From Takakia lepidozioides (taxonomy: Eukaryota > Plantae > Bryophyta), in NCBI GenBank assembly GCA_030704615.1, contig CM060734.1:36146001-36210000 (forward strand): DNA of 64,000 nt, in the 5' to 3' direction. The notes beneath the pieces were generated by a model that worked only from the letters and a program-made list of their open reading frames with translations, was not told the origin of the DNA and made no database searches. The position numbers were made by a program, and so were the translations under genes. Of the stretch, positions 35,926 to 49,500 are shown piece by piece; position 1 is the first letter of the stretch, and every line of letters begins with the position of its first letter.

Positions 35926-36704
35926 ATCTTACACACACTACAAGAGATGAGCGTTTTTAGGACTACGGATTTGGCGGAGTCATAAAAACGGCACTAGGTA
36001 TACGACTACAGAGCGCTGAAATGCGTTGCAGTCATAGTTTTATCACTTTATAGTAATGGATATCACTACATGACTCCGGAAAATTAGGGAGCATTGGTCA
36101 AACATTGTTGACCATGATGACAAGGATGGTTTTACGACTAGTGTGATATGTTTGACTAGACGTGGACGACGTTTCATGGAATCTTGTGACTCCATGACTG
36201 AAGATGGTTTTACAGCTCTATTTATACGACTACATCCCTACACGTGTCATTTTGAAAGCACATACATGAATGTATTCATCCATTGGATGAGTTTATCCAT
36301 CGATGACATGGCATGTAAACTTATGAGTCCCTTACTGCAAATTGTTTCATAACTCTATATATATGACTACATCACTACACATGTCATTTAAAAGGCATAT
36401 ACATTAATGAATTCATTCAATGGATGGGTTCATCCATCCGCCTATACGGTGTGTCGATTTGATATCTGTTCAATAAATTGGACCTAGATGGACGTGGCTT
36501 AACAAGGATCGCAAGATATATGAGATTAAAATACGTGGTTGTACAAGGTTAGATCATGTGATGGAAATTATTTTGAATCATTAGATTTTACAGGATCTAA
36601 CGGTCTAGATTGTTTAAGATCTAACGGTTTAAGATTACACCGCCGAACTTTACACCGGGCTGGGACTTAGGCTTTTTTGTCTCCTGCGTTTCACCATCTA
36701 TTTG

Positions 36705-37760
36705 ATGTTGGAACGCGATGATCGCAGGATATGCAGGGGGTGGGATGGAGGCTTCGCAGACCTTCCTACTCTTGAGCAAATGATGCAGGAAGGAGAAGAG
36801 GAGGAGGAGAGGAGAAGAGGAGAAGATCCCAACATTCTTGTGAGCTCGCCGTTTTTGGGAGAGAGACGAGACGAGGAGACGCTCGCCATTCTTGGGAGAG
36901 TCAGCTTGGTCTTAGCAAGCCGTGTTTCAATCTCTGCCTGCTCAGCTGCACCATGGTGGTTCGATCTCACATACCAATCCAACATTACTTGACTACAGAT
37001 ACAAGCAGCACACACAAGGGGTCCTTTTGGGCTGATGGTCGGTCAAATCCTCTATGGGTCATGATACAAGGTAAAGAACAATGTGGTGAGGATACCTTCT
37101 TCTTTGACCTATTTCAGCCTGTTTTGCTCTATTTGGCAGCATGAAAGTATCCAAAAACAAGTAATAAAGATGAGGAGAAGCAGATATGATATTGCCAATG
37201 TGACAACAGGAAAGTATCCAAAAGAGGTAACAGAGATGAGGAGAAGCTTTGGAATGAATACTTTTCTGACCCCAGTCAATGGTGGGACAACCAAGGCAAA
37301 AATGTGAATACCTGTCAGATTACCAGATGTCATTTTGAACACTGCCCCTGCCTTGGTGGACATGTATGTCAAATGTGGGTGCATCGAGGATGCAAAGGGA
37401 GTGTTCAACACTATGGCTGAACGGGATGTGGTGTCATGGAGTGCGATGTTTGCAGGGTATGCACAACAGGGGCGTGGGATGGAGGCTTTGGAGACCTATG
37501 AGCAAATTATGAGGGAAGGGATACTGAAGCCCGACCACATAACGTGTGTATGTGTTTGCAATGCGTGTGCAAGCCTGGCAGCCCTGGAAAAGGGCAGAAG
37601 GTCTATGGTTGCATCGTCAAAGCTACAAATGTACCAGATGTCATTTTGAACACTCCCCTGGTGGACAATATGTATGCCAAATGTAGGTGTAGCAAGGATG
37701 CAAAGGGAGTGTTCAACAACATGGCTGAACAAGATGTGGTGTCTTGGAGTACCATGATGA
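36705..37760 (+). pseudogene. Captured PPR and PDF-motif fragments inside the CACTA
   Basis: 'WNAMIAGYAGGGMEA..EQMMQEG' (36708-36795); 'EEKLWNEYFSDPSQWWDNQGKN' (37238-37305); 'LVDMYVKCGCIEDAKGVFNTMAERDVVSWSAMFAGYAQQG' (37335-37760). Confidence 0.85.
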
Positions 37761-40700
37761 CCACCTTCCCCGGTGACTCTCTCTCCCTCTCTCCCTCTCC
37801 CTCTATAAATCTTTGGATTTCATCTGGCCTTATCCTTTTGAGGTTATTTAGTTTTTCATCCCTACCTTTTTTCATCCAAATCTGGATGATTTTATTTTAT
37901 TATTGGATGATGAAACTTGATATATAGAAAGCTAGAGTTACCATCTATTTTTTCATCTAAACTGGATGATCTACATAAATAATGGTTACCTATTATAAAA
38001 TCCAAGAGAATAATAAAACTACCATCATAAATGATGGTAGTTATTAAACCTAAACCTATACCATAACCCTAAAAGATACATCTCTATGGGATGTCATCCA
38101 GTGACAAAATCCCTATCTTGGTAAAATGTGATATTTCATCCATCCTGGATGAAAAATCGGGCAGTTTTGCCCTAAGCAGGCCGACACACTTCAAGCACTG
38201 AACTCGTGCTTCAGTGATCTTTGATGATGCGCCGTATAAACCTGCTCCCCTGCTGCTACATGGTACTCGTGATTGCTGGCTCTTGGGATGCGCAGTGGTG
38301 GTTAAACAGATTCTTCTATGGCAGACGACAAAGCCGTGATTGCTCTGATCAGGAACTCATGGTTCTTTATTTTGCAGCGGCGCTTTTACTCCTTGTTGGG
38401 AAGTACTCTATCCCTATTTATCTACAGATTACTTGCTGTTCTCTCTTTGTGTATGAGCCACTCTCTAGCTGTGAACGCTTCTACTCTGACTGCGTTCTGT
38501 TGGAGACAATCTGTTGGACGCCATGGCGCAAGGCATACCACAAACACTCAAGGTTTTTTTTTGAGTTTATCATTGCTTGAACTGTGATCTGTACTTGCTT
38601 TAGAATTCAACACTGACATGGATAGCAACTATGAAGACCTGCCACTTACCTGCTGCATCCTCACTAACACACATCGCTATGTGGTGGTTTTTGGGACGGG
38701 CACAGGTGAGGGTCTTCACTTGTCTTGATTTCTTGAAGCTTGCAGTTCTTGTTCTTGCAAATGTGGATACTGCTGCTGCCTAAGCTGCTGATGCCATCTG
38801 CTGTTTCGAACTACCACCATGCCACTTCAGACCTGCGCCAAGATTGCTCCAATGAGGATCTGCTTCTCTCCTTACCCCTGTTTATGGTTTTTTACAACCA
38901 CATTTGCATGTGTAGGAGTTTAGCTATGAAGGATACAATGATACAAAAAAACAGTTATTACTCTGACTGCCTTGATACTTGGCAAATGAGAACTCTTGGT
39001 ATGACTCTGATGGATCAAAAGGATAGGCTTTGATAGATAACACACATTCTTCAAGGCCCTCATATCATTTTGGTTTCATGGCTTGATAACAAACTGGGGT
39101 TTCTGAGCTGCTCTTTCACCTTGGCAGAACTACTTTATGTGGCCTTAAAATACCATTTCCTTTTTAAGAATCTTGCTTATATCTTGGTTCTAAAACATCA
39201 TCTTCAAACCAAACCTGCAATCTGGTTCTTGAAATGAGTTTATAATGGATTCTTGAGACAATGATGTGTACTATGGTGCTTTCATGATATGAATGACCTG
39301 GAATCCCACACTCCCGCCCTGTTTTTTCAGAGACCCTGAAATATAATTGGGTATTCAAATGAGATTGTAAACATGAAAGAGAATGTTAGATGGTGCCCTG
39401 TAAAGGGCTGTTTTGTCTTTCAATGACAATGACCTTAGCGGTCTTGTCCATGTCTTGACATGACATGTATATCTTCCCTCTCTCCAACTACTTGTTTGGG
39501 ATTATCAATTTTTTTCCATAATACTTATTTTGGAAATACTAGATATTTTTAATCCCAATTTTTAAGGTTTCATCCATACTGAATGAAATTTCTGTTATAA
39601 TAGGCAGATATGCATTTCAATGCATTTTAGGTTTATGCTCCTTTGATTTAAACCTATTGAATGCCCATTTTTCATCCTGATCTGATACCATCCATACCGA
39701 ATGGTGGATGAAATCGCGGGTGGTTTTCCTTTAATTGTCTCTCTGCCCTAGACACAGCACGATATCGTGCGTGTTTTTTTTCTCTGGAAGAGGGCGATGG
39801 CGGCTGAATGCCCGAGCAGCAAGATCCGAACGGGTATGTTCTTGTTTTTTGAACGCGCGATGACGGCAGACACTTTCATCTCCCGCGATGGCAAATGACA
39901 TACTGTTATGTTTGCCTACGTTTTTTCCTCATTGATGAAGCAGCGGCAGTTATGGAGGTGGGGAAGCGGCCTGTATTACAAGATACAACCTGTCCTCAAC
40001 TCTCTTCCCGTTGCATTCTGTTGTGCTCGTTCAAATTCAGATGATGAACACTGCAACGTCCTACTCCACAAAAGATTGAGGTTCTTTGTGGTGTCACATC
40101 TATGCTTTCTTCTGCTGGTTCTGTGATCTTTGCATGCTTTATGGCTCATACCTGACATGGATAGCAACTGTGAAATCCTGTAATTCACCTCGCGCATCCT
40201 CACTAACGCACAAAACATTTTTTGTGTTTGTTTTTGGGACGGGCGCAGGTGAGGGATTTCACTTGGCATGAACTCTTTGGCTTGCAGATGATCTGGTTAC
40301 TGCAGGAGGGATAAGATATGCTGCAAGCTGCCGTTGTTGCAATTTTCTGCTAAAGCTGCTTCAAGGGGGATATGCCTTAAACCTTTACTTTGATTTCTGG
40401 TTCTTGGTAACCAAATCTGTTAAGTCAGGGAAGTAAATGGGCTGGGCCTCCTAGAAATCAGACCTTATTGTGAAGGTTCGGGCTGGTTGTGATGACAAGG
40501 GTTTGGTGATGCAAGTGTGACATTGGATGCATTTTTCCAGACCTGTTTTCTGGCCTTTTGGAGAGTCAGACAATGCTGTTTATGCCTCACCAGTTTAGAA
40601 TGTATTAAGTAAGGCATTGGGTAAGCCTTTTTAAGAACACATACATTCTTTCAAGCTCCCCCATGGAGATTATAACCTGATTACAGACTGGTATTTTTGA

Positions 40701-41094
40701 GGATCTCTCTAAAACTTGGCAGAGTGACTGGATAAGGCCCTGGGATACATACCATAGCCCTGTATCTACTTATGGAAGTACAATCAGTTCAGCTTGTGCT
40801 TTTAGGAACATACAAGTCCTTTAAAGCTGTAATAGGGAATTGTTTTCATCAAAGCTCTCACTCTTAGGCCTGCTGGAATGGTTTTCTCAAAGACCTGTTG
40901 AGCTTACAACATACTTGTTTAAGCTATTTGAACCCAAGAATTACCAAGCCAGTATTTTTAAAGGGCTTTTTTGATTACGAACTGTATTCTTAAGCTCCCC
41001 CCAGAGATTGGGAATGTGACATGGTAATGACTCTCTCTCTCTCTCTCTCTCTCCTCCTCTGATACATGATACATATATACATGATTTGTGTAGA

Positions 41095-41235
41095 GGCATG
41101 GATAGCTGAAGGAGCAGGGATAGAGTGCATGGGTCCAGATTCATCCAAGAGGGCCGGATTTCAATCTCCAGATTACATATGATTCCCTGTGGAAGGATAG
41201 CTACAAGAAACCTACTGGATAGATGATCAATTGGT
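41095..41235 (+). pseudogene. Second captured PDF-motif fragment inside the CACTA
   Basis: 'VQIHPRGPDFNLQITYDSLWKDSYKKP'; inverted homolog of 13900-13992. Confidence 0.75.
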
Positions 41236-43241
41236 TGGTCTTGAGCTGAAGAGCACGACCCCTGCAGGGATGTCTCTCCATCTGTAGATCTTTTAGGAAG
41301 TGGAAGGCTAGGCCTAGGGCCCAGCTTTCTTATGACATTGTTAGCTGATTTTCAGTTCTTCTCCTTAGCTCGGTGCCTTTCTGTTTCCAAGTTATGGCAG
41401 TAGTTTCTGGCTGCAGTCTCTTTTCCTGTTAGACTCTTTAGCTCTATGCAGACCCCCTTCTTTGCTTGCCTTCCTTCTTACTACTCTTTCTTGTCTTGGT
41501 ACGCAAAGCTGTGTCTTCATCTTTCAGCCTCTATGGCACTCTATCCAGAGGTTATTTTTCCTCTTTGTATCCAAAGACATTTTATGTCCATTACCTATAA
41601 AGTTCTAGAGGCCATTGTCCCCCACTGTCCCTCTTTGTTAACAAAAATAAAAATAAAAATAAAAGACAACAATGGCTTCTATTCTATTTTCCTAGAAACC
41701 TAATGAGAATTTAAATCAATTAATAATCTAAATATTATAATTGAATGATTTAATTTATTAAATTAAAATATTATTAAAAAACCTCTTTAGTCATGAAGTT
41801 ATATACTCATGACTACATCATGGCAACGTGACATTATATGATACGATATTCTTTCCCATGTGTGGGTCATATATGTTGTCCATGTGGACACGTGTCACAT
41901 CCGGAGTGCTACATATGTCTCTCTGACGCCTCTCCAATGGAGTTATACTTTGTAGACATGTAGTCATATAGTTAGTCATATATAAATCATATAGTTGTGA
42001 CTACATCCTCTCTACAGCATGACTCCAGGTGCCACGCACGCAGTCACAGCTATGACTTGCAAAACGCAGTCCTAAAGACTAGTCGCTATGACAGGGCTTT
42101 TTTCATTGCAGAGTGATATAGTCATGAACGCATATAGGACTGAAAAAATAGTCATATGTGCAGTCATAAAAACGCTCATCTGTTGTAGTGACATCTAGGC
42201 GACTAAACTCTACATCTGAGATGATTCGTATATGGGCTAACTATAAGTGATTTGGTAAGGGACGGTATCAAACACTGAAGACAAGGAATATGACACTTAG
42301 AAGAAAACTTAGACAAAGTTCTATATCTTCAGGCTGCTCCTCCCTCGCAAGACATAATGTTTCAGAGACTAGAATAGCTTGACAGCTTACTCATGCGCTC
42401 AACTAGCCCATCAAGACAGTAGTATTCCTCCTTTTGGTGACCTTATTTTTGAAGTGTCCCCATGTTGTTTCAATAAACCCAATCGATGTTAAAAGCAAAT
42501 GATATTGTTGGGATGACACCTTAGATATCTTCCTTAAGTAAGTTGATGTGTTGCATGACATAACTCTATGAAGTGTTTGAAATAAGTTTCTTGGAACTCT
42601 AAGCATCATGAACAACATAACTGGTTACACGTTTGAATGACACTTTAAAATGTTTGAATTGCTATCAGACTCAATTGTGTCGGTGACTTCTTTGCATTGT
42701 CACCATGGATATTCTTTTGTGGGTTTCTTTGCCTAGGGATAGAGCTAATTCATATTTAGTGCTTATGGTGTGTTGTATCAATGCAAAGTTTGGTTTTGTA
42801 TATTTCTACAACGATTGCGAGTGATATTCTGCTTCGAAGATTAGAGTTTACTCCAATAGATGGTTCCAGTGTGACCCTGCAGCGGATGTCCTCCCTTGTA
42901 AACACGTGGTGTTTGAAAATTGATATGGATACATACCCCAGGGAAGAAGATTGTTATGGTGACTTCTTCAAGTTTATGGTGAAATACTTGAGAGAGGTTC
43001 ACGACGTGGCAATTACAGATGGTGGGCCGGAAGGGGGCCAGACCTGAAGACCTCTCAGGGAAAGGGTTGTTGTAGGTTATTGGATGTACATTCGCAACAA
43101 TCTTCACTGTCATTTGATGAGATATGTTTTAAATCATGGAGGCTTTATATCTTCCTTGATAGTCATATCATATTTACTAGTATTACAATATTAGCACAAC
43201 AATCTGAAGTCGACTCTCATTAGATCTCTATGGATCGGTTG

Positions 43242-43253
43242 AGCTCTGATATC
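43242..43253 (-). promoter_or_regulatory. Degenerate tRNA-iMet PBS of an old LTR-element remnant
   Basis: The + strand GCTCTGATATCA followed by TG gives TGATATCAGAGC on minus, 1 mismatch from TGGTATCAGAGC. Coordinates approximate. Confidence 0.35.
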
Positions 43254-44401
43254 ATGCAGAAGTTATAGAGAGAGTGCAACTTGTAATTGATATGAATAGG
43301 ATGTGACAATAGTGAGTGTGTGTTCACTTTAGACATGTGAAAAGTCATGACTACTGACAACATGGAAGTGATTTAATGAGTTGAAAGATTGTAAGATGAA
43401 TAGGGTATACCTAATAGATTCCCTGTTCATATCTAAATATCTTTCAGGGAACATCATTATCATCAAGCCTATGATCAAGATACATATTGGAATCCAACAC
43501 TTGAAACAAACTCTCTGACATACATACTTTACAAGAAATCACGATGATGCATGATATATCTTGTAATCGCTCGCATTCTTGAAGTAGAATGAAAATTGAA
43601 TCAATCACTGTTTGCACGTTTGCTGAGGGAGATCTCTCATGTGCTACGGAACAAGGAATCAAGCTCACATGTGCATTCTTGAACAACTTTTGCAGATAGA
43701 ATGAATATTGGATCAATGAATCACCGTTGCTGAGGAAGATCTCTCATGTGCTGCAAAATATGGAATCAAGCTCACATGTCTTGTAATCGCTCGGGCTCTT
43801 GAACAACTGTTGCAAGTAGAAATATTGAATCAATGAATGAGAGAAATCTCTCATGCGGAACATGGAATGAAGTCAATAGGTCTAAGTCACACAAATGATC
43901 ATAACTCTGTTGTCTAAGAGTTGTGTCCCTTCAAGATTCACCATATGACATGTTGAATGTAGAATTGACTTCCAACAATTTTATGATCTAATTGTCCATT
44001 TTAATCTCAATGTCTCCCCTCACACTCTTTCTCCAAGCACCAATTCTTCAGGATATTGGAAGCTGATCAGCGCACTCACATTTGCACATCAACAAGAACT
44101 TGAGATAAATAGATGGACATGGAAAAATGAATTCATACCGAGCTCAAGAGATGAAGATGAGCAACCTGATCATGACTTCAATCCATTCTACACAGTTTTT
44201 TTGAGACGAACTCTGCGTTTTCGAGATTCCTACATTCATATTCAAAATACACTAGGTACCTTCATTTGCACGTTTATAGACGGATGAAAACTCCTTACAC
44301 CTACCTCCATCTCTAAAAGCCTTCAGATGGATGTAATCATATGTAATATGGATGAACTGTTTCCCTATGCACCTTTGATAATATGGTGATTTATCTAGTG
44401 A

Positions 44402-44651
44402 CTTAGGACATGGATGATTTTGCTTGGTGATTCTTGCCGGTGACAAAAAGACAGCTTTTGCTGTTGTGCATGCCTTCACGGAACCTTAGGACATGGATGA
44501 TTTTGCTTGGTGATTCTTGCCGGTGACATAAAGACAGCTTTTGCTGTTGTGCATGCCTTCACGGAACCTTAGGACATGGATGATTTTGCTTGGTGATTCT
44601 TGCCGGTGACATAAAGACAGCTTTTGCTGTTGTGCATGCCTTCACGGAACC
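44402..44651. repeat. Tandem repeat, 3 x 83 bp, near-identical
   Basis: Unit CTTAGGACATGGATGATTTTGCTTGG...GCCTTCACGGAAC starts at 44402, 44485 and 44568. Confidence 0.95.
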
Positions 44652-46309
44652 AGGCCGCTGGGTGGGGCCTTGGTCTTTTCCTTGACTGTACTGTAAAGAA
44701 CGACGTCAACTTTTATCTTGAACCTTCAACTATTGTTCATTCCAAATGCAACATATATGCCCATAGCTTCACTCTGGGCAGGTACCTATATAGAACAACT
44801 AGGCTGGAAGGAATGGTTCTATCCGTAGTCCTTTAAGTACTTACCTAGTCTCAAGTCGCTCTCGTTACCTACAGAAGGTACCTACATACGTACTACTCCT
44901 AGTACATACGGTACATACGTATATATGAAGATAATGCCCGGCCCGGGAAAGTCACGTGGAATACAAGGGCGGGGGCCCGCATACTGTCCGTGTTTTCTAT
45001 TGGGCCGACGTGGGGTCGACGGTGCGACCAACTTTTGGACGAACAAAGAGAATATGTGGACGAAAAGAGGAGAAGCCGTGGGTTGTTTGGTGGAAAAAGT
45101 CTACAGTGCTGGTGTCTCCATGTTTTGTAGCTAAGCATCCGATGGTGGGCGTGTGGGGCCGGAACCAATTTGTTCGAGACGAGTCAAGGAGTACTTTTTG
45201 GGATTTGGGCTGCTCATCAGAAAGACTGCTCAGAAATACATAGCTGAATCAACGTCTCCAATACGCTCCTCCCACATGGAAGGACGACCTAAGACTGACA
45301 TGAGTGGCCTTCTGCAGACTCCTGAGTCAGGCTGACAACCGTTGCTGAACACAACTGTTTTCTCTCCTATATGATTGAATCTCTGAGAAGGTTGATTGCT
45401 GATTGTAAATATATATGAGTAGTGGCAGAGATGACATAAGCAAGGGTATTACAAGGCCTACTACGGGCTGAAGCTTCCCACTAACTGGTAGAGTAGCAGT
45501 CCACCCACCGGGCGAAACCAAGTACAAGCAGTCTGCCGACTGCAGAGTGGCGATCTGCTTCGGGCAATGTGGGAGCGCAGGGGACCTGCTGTACAGTGTA
45601 AGATGAGCAGAGGCTCAGCTCATCCAGGATGACGAGCGACAGGCTCACTACTTACATAGCCATGACCTGGGAAAGCTTCGGGATCTTGGGCGGAGCCTCA
45701 TTATTGACATCTGTCGGCCATCCTTCGACTCCCTTGCTAACATAGCCGCGAGTTGGTGGACCAGTTTGTCGTTTGTGAAGAGGACAAACTAGGACACCAA
45801 AAACATGTCGTCTCTACCAAACTATTTGCGGAAGTTGGACTCCTTCCGCATGTGGAAAATCATGATTGAGTGCCAGATAATTTCTGTCTCTTCCTTTACA
45901 TAACAAAAAGGTCAATCCATATATTCTCTGCGTTGAATTCCATCTTAGAGGTCAGCATGACTTAATAAATGACACAGCTCGTGGATGAAACATATACTCC
46001 TCTGAGCCTCATGAAGGATCGAGGAGATGCAAATCATCGTTTAGCTTAGGAAGACCTAGAAAATTCTTAGTACTACCAAGTGATCCCGTCCTGTTCTAAC
46101 AGAATCTTGCCCAAGCTTTCAAATACCTACAGTAAGCTCTATCTAGCTTCTGAAAGGATGAGCGCAAGATTGGAATTGCAATGGAGACTGTTGGAATCAG
46201 ACTATTGTGTAGACTGGCAAAGGTACACCTAGGTGACTAATAAGACGTCTCATCCGACCATGTTCTGAAGTTGGAAAAATATTTCGAACTTGCAGACAAG
46301 CCTTTGGGC

Positions 46310-46510
46310 CAGTGTTTTTTTTAAGGAATTTGGAAAACAGCACAAGTGGCTACAGAGTTTTGCAGGAAATAGCCATTTATTCTGTTCATCCACTGTAATT
46401 CATCCACCTATGTACCATCAGCCATATATATCATCCATATTTGGCGAATTCATCCACAATTTATTTTTTATTTGGAGAAATTTGGCGATTTCATCCATTA
46501 AAAAACAGTG
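46310..46510. mobile_element. Older MITE of the same hAT-like family as 5072-5360
   Basis: CAGTGTTTTTT...AAAAAACAGTG (1 mismatch), with shared internal TTTGGCGA motifs; no TSD retained. Confidence 0.55.
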
Positions 46511-49500
46511 GATTTGCGACAGAATATTCGATTTGTTTTTTGAGGTCGAAATCTGGCGATTATTCGCCCCTAAAAGAATGGCTGCTTTGGGCAGGGGGAA
46601 GGGCAAGAAATCTTTGGCAGCCGAGGCTGCATCGAGGATTCGACAAGTACCTCACATTACAGCCTGTGTGGGACACCACAACCAAGGTGTCGTGGTAAGT
46701 AGGTGGAAAACCGTCCATGCGGGGACAACTTTACGCGGGAGCTCTGCGATCCTCTTGCCGGCTCCGACAATAGCTGTAGGAATCGATCCTACACGACTTC
46801 GCATCGGCAGCCTCTGGCATCCGCCAACGGTGGAGATTGAGGACACCGGAAGGCTGTCAGATCGCTGTCAGAAGCTAGAGCTTACTTGTTTGCACCTTTG
46901 TGACTTCCTCTCTTGGAACTCATTGCACCAATAATGGATATCCCGCTCGTCCCTGGGTCTTATCCTGTGACCGTTTGCGGCCCTGCCCTATCCCCGGGCC
47001 CCCTCGGGCCCCCTCGATAGGCATCTTTCCGTCATCAGGATGGCGACTCTGACTCATTGATGAGTAGATCAGCATGATCTTGCCTGGCGTGAGCATTGCT
47101 TCAGCAGCAACGAAATCAGTCGTCTTAGAGGCTCGGCCTCACATGAAACTGTAATGAAAAATGGCTGTCTCCCATCGGTCGACGGAGTGCAGGGTGCGGA
47201 AATCTTGAAGTGTTTTTCCAGAGTACAGGTAGCCTCTGGTTTCTTGCGTGAGATTTCCGATCTGACGGTGTAAAAGTGGGAACCAGCTTAATTAACACAC
47301 ACATGTTTTCGAATCATCTGCCACCGCCCACACCCGTGCTAAGCACGACCCACAAACATATCACTAAGCTTGCAAACACCCTGCTCTTGAGTCGAAAACA
47401 CATCCCTCCCAAGACCCCTCTTTGCACGATCCATTCCCGATCCATTCGCCTCTTCCTCCATTTCCAAACGGAATGATGTAACGCAAGTTAACTTACAGTT
47501 GTCGCTAGTTGCTCCAAACGGTTATCCTCACCGCCGGTACGTCTGGTCTTCCGGTTACCGTGTCCCGTCTCCAGATGGATGATTTGTGCCTTTACAAGAT
47601 GAGGATGGATGGTAACCGTAGTAAGCTGTTCGGGTATACGAAGCGAAAATAAAGTAATAAAATAATAAACCCGGCAGTTTTGTACGTGTATATTGCTGCT
47701 ATCATACCAAGCATCCGTTTTTCTTATCCAACCCGCTGACTACGTAGGTTTTTTTCTTTTTTTTTCCTTAAGAGAACAGGGGACAGTGGCCCTGAAAGCT
47801 TTACTAATACCTAGGAGAAAAAAACCTTACAACGAGCCATAAGGCAGAAGATTGAGGTTCCACTAGCATTTTTTTTTCGTTTTGGAAAAAGGGAGTGGAC
47901 ACCACTGTTGGGCCTGATATATAGGGCCTGGCCGGGTATCAACCAGGGTATTGAATAACCGACCCGGCTGGTATTGAAAAATGTAATACCTTGCGGCAAG
48001 TTTAATGTAATACCCGTCGCAATAATGTAAAGCCCCACACGATTGCATCCGCGCATAACTCATATCCAAACAGTGCAACACACACACATCAGTCCATTTG
48101 TTTACAAACAAAAGTTACCACAACAGAGATCTTGTATTGTTGCATTGGTCGCAACATAGTACTCACAGTAACCATCACACACACCAAATTATTTTCACAT
48201 GGACATGACAAAACTACATATATACTTTGCTTTTTCTCCCAGTTTAATTGTTTTTCCGCAAGCAAGGAGGCCCGCCGTACCCATTTAATGCACCTAGATT
48301 TTACAAAATGTACGGAGTGTGAGGAAACTACTAACAAACTATTATCATACATGGAAATGTACCCTTTTTCGCCAAAGGAGGACCCCGTACAATGCAACGG
48401 GTACAATTTTTACGAAATGTACGAAGTGAGAATACGGTAAGCGAAGGAAATAATGTCCAGCGACAATAGTCCCTCAAGAGGAATAATTAAGTTAAAGGTT
48501 GTCTTTCGGCTGGATGAAAACTCCTGGATTTGAGATGATATCTGTACAAATGGATGAACAATATGGTTCATCCAATAGACTAATATCTGAGTCAAATGTT
48601 CCAATCATCATGAGAGCGTGCAGCTCTGAATTTGCAGGTCCTCTGTCAGAGGATCATTGTGGGAAATTGAATATTTAGTGCAAGTTTGAAGTGACGCATT
48701 GCTGATCACCAGAGCACCATCTTCTCCTGCCAGTCAATACTTGTGCTCAGCATTTTCAGTCTGTGCACAGGATGGTGTGGAATATTTGATAGTAAAGAGA
48801 TTCTGGGGTTTAGGAATTTGCTATAGACGAGCAAGCAGCCTGATCAGATCGACCACTTGAGGGCTTTATCAGATCATAATGATCGTGGCTTTTGACTGAC
48901 CTCGCTGGTAGACTTTGCAACAAAGTCACCGCCTCTCACCCCTGTCCTGATGGTGAGTTTGGGAATGCCTCTACCTACGGTTGACTTCTAGATCGAAACA
49001 GATTACAAGTCTAGAACTTCATCTAATATCTCTACGCTAGAGTTGGGGCCGAGGAATTCGAGAGTTTGAATGGTACAGTAGTATTCTGCTCCGGATTTTG
49101 AGGAGAATGTTGGGGAAATAAGAAAACTTGGCTGCCCCACCTTAGGGAGAGCGGGAACCACGGCCCGGGTCTAGAGGCCTGGAACACGCTTCCGCAGCTA
49201 GGCCCAGGGTTATGTTTAGATTCAACTCTTGAAAGTTGGAAGAGCATGACACAATTAAGCAGGCTGAGAAGGGTGCGGTCAAATTCTTGATGGGCTTGGT
49301 GATGTGCAAGCAAATCTGGATAGTGCTCAGAGCAATCTGGGCCCACTTTAGAGTCTGATTGAGTTTGATCATCATGATTCCCTCAGCTTGTAGTGTTAAG
49401 AGGTGGATTCGTGCACTGCAATCATACATAGTAGTATATAAACCGTTCTTGTTTCCCTCCAAACACGCACCACAAGTGAGCGACAAGTGAGCCTGAGATA

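Larger units (their letters stand above)
35936..42190. mobile_element. Non-autonomous CACTA (En/Spm) element with captured gene fragments (Pack-CACTA), 6255 bp
   Basis: TIRs CACTACAAGAGATGAGCGTTTTTAGGACT and AGTCATAAAAACGCTCATCTGTTGTAGTG (2 mismatches in 29). 3-bp TSD ACA at 35933-35935 and 42191-42193. ATGACT/AGTCAT subterminal repeats at both ends. No transposase seen. Confidence 0.92.

Noticed and set aside
44402-44651. CRISPR-like array
   Set aside because: Units are contiguous 83-bp tandem copies without unique spacers; eukaryotic context and no cas genes.
46290-46934. 214-aa ORF
   Set aside because: It reads through a MITE (46310-46510) and has no recognisable motif; likely spurious.
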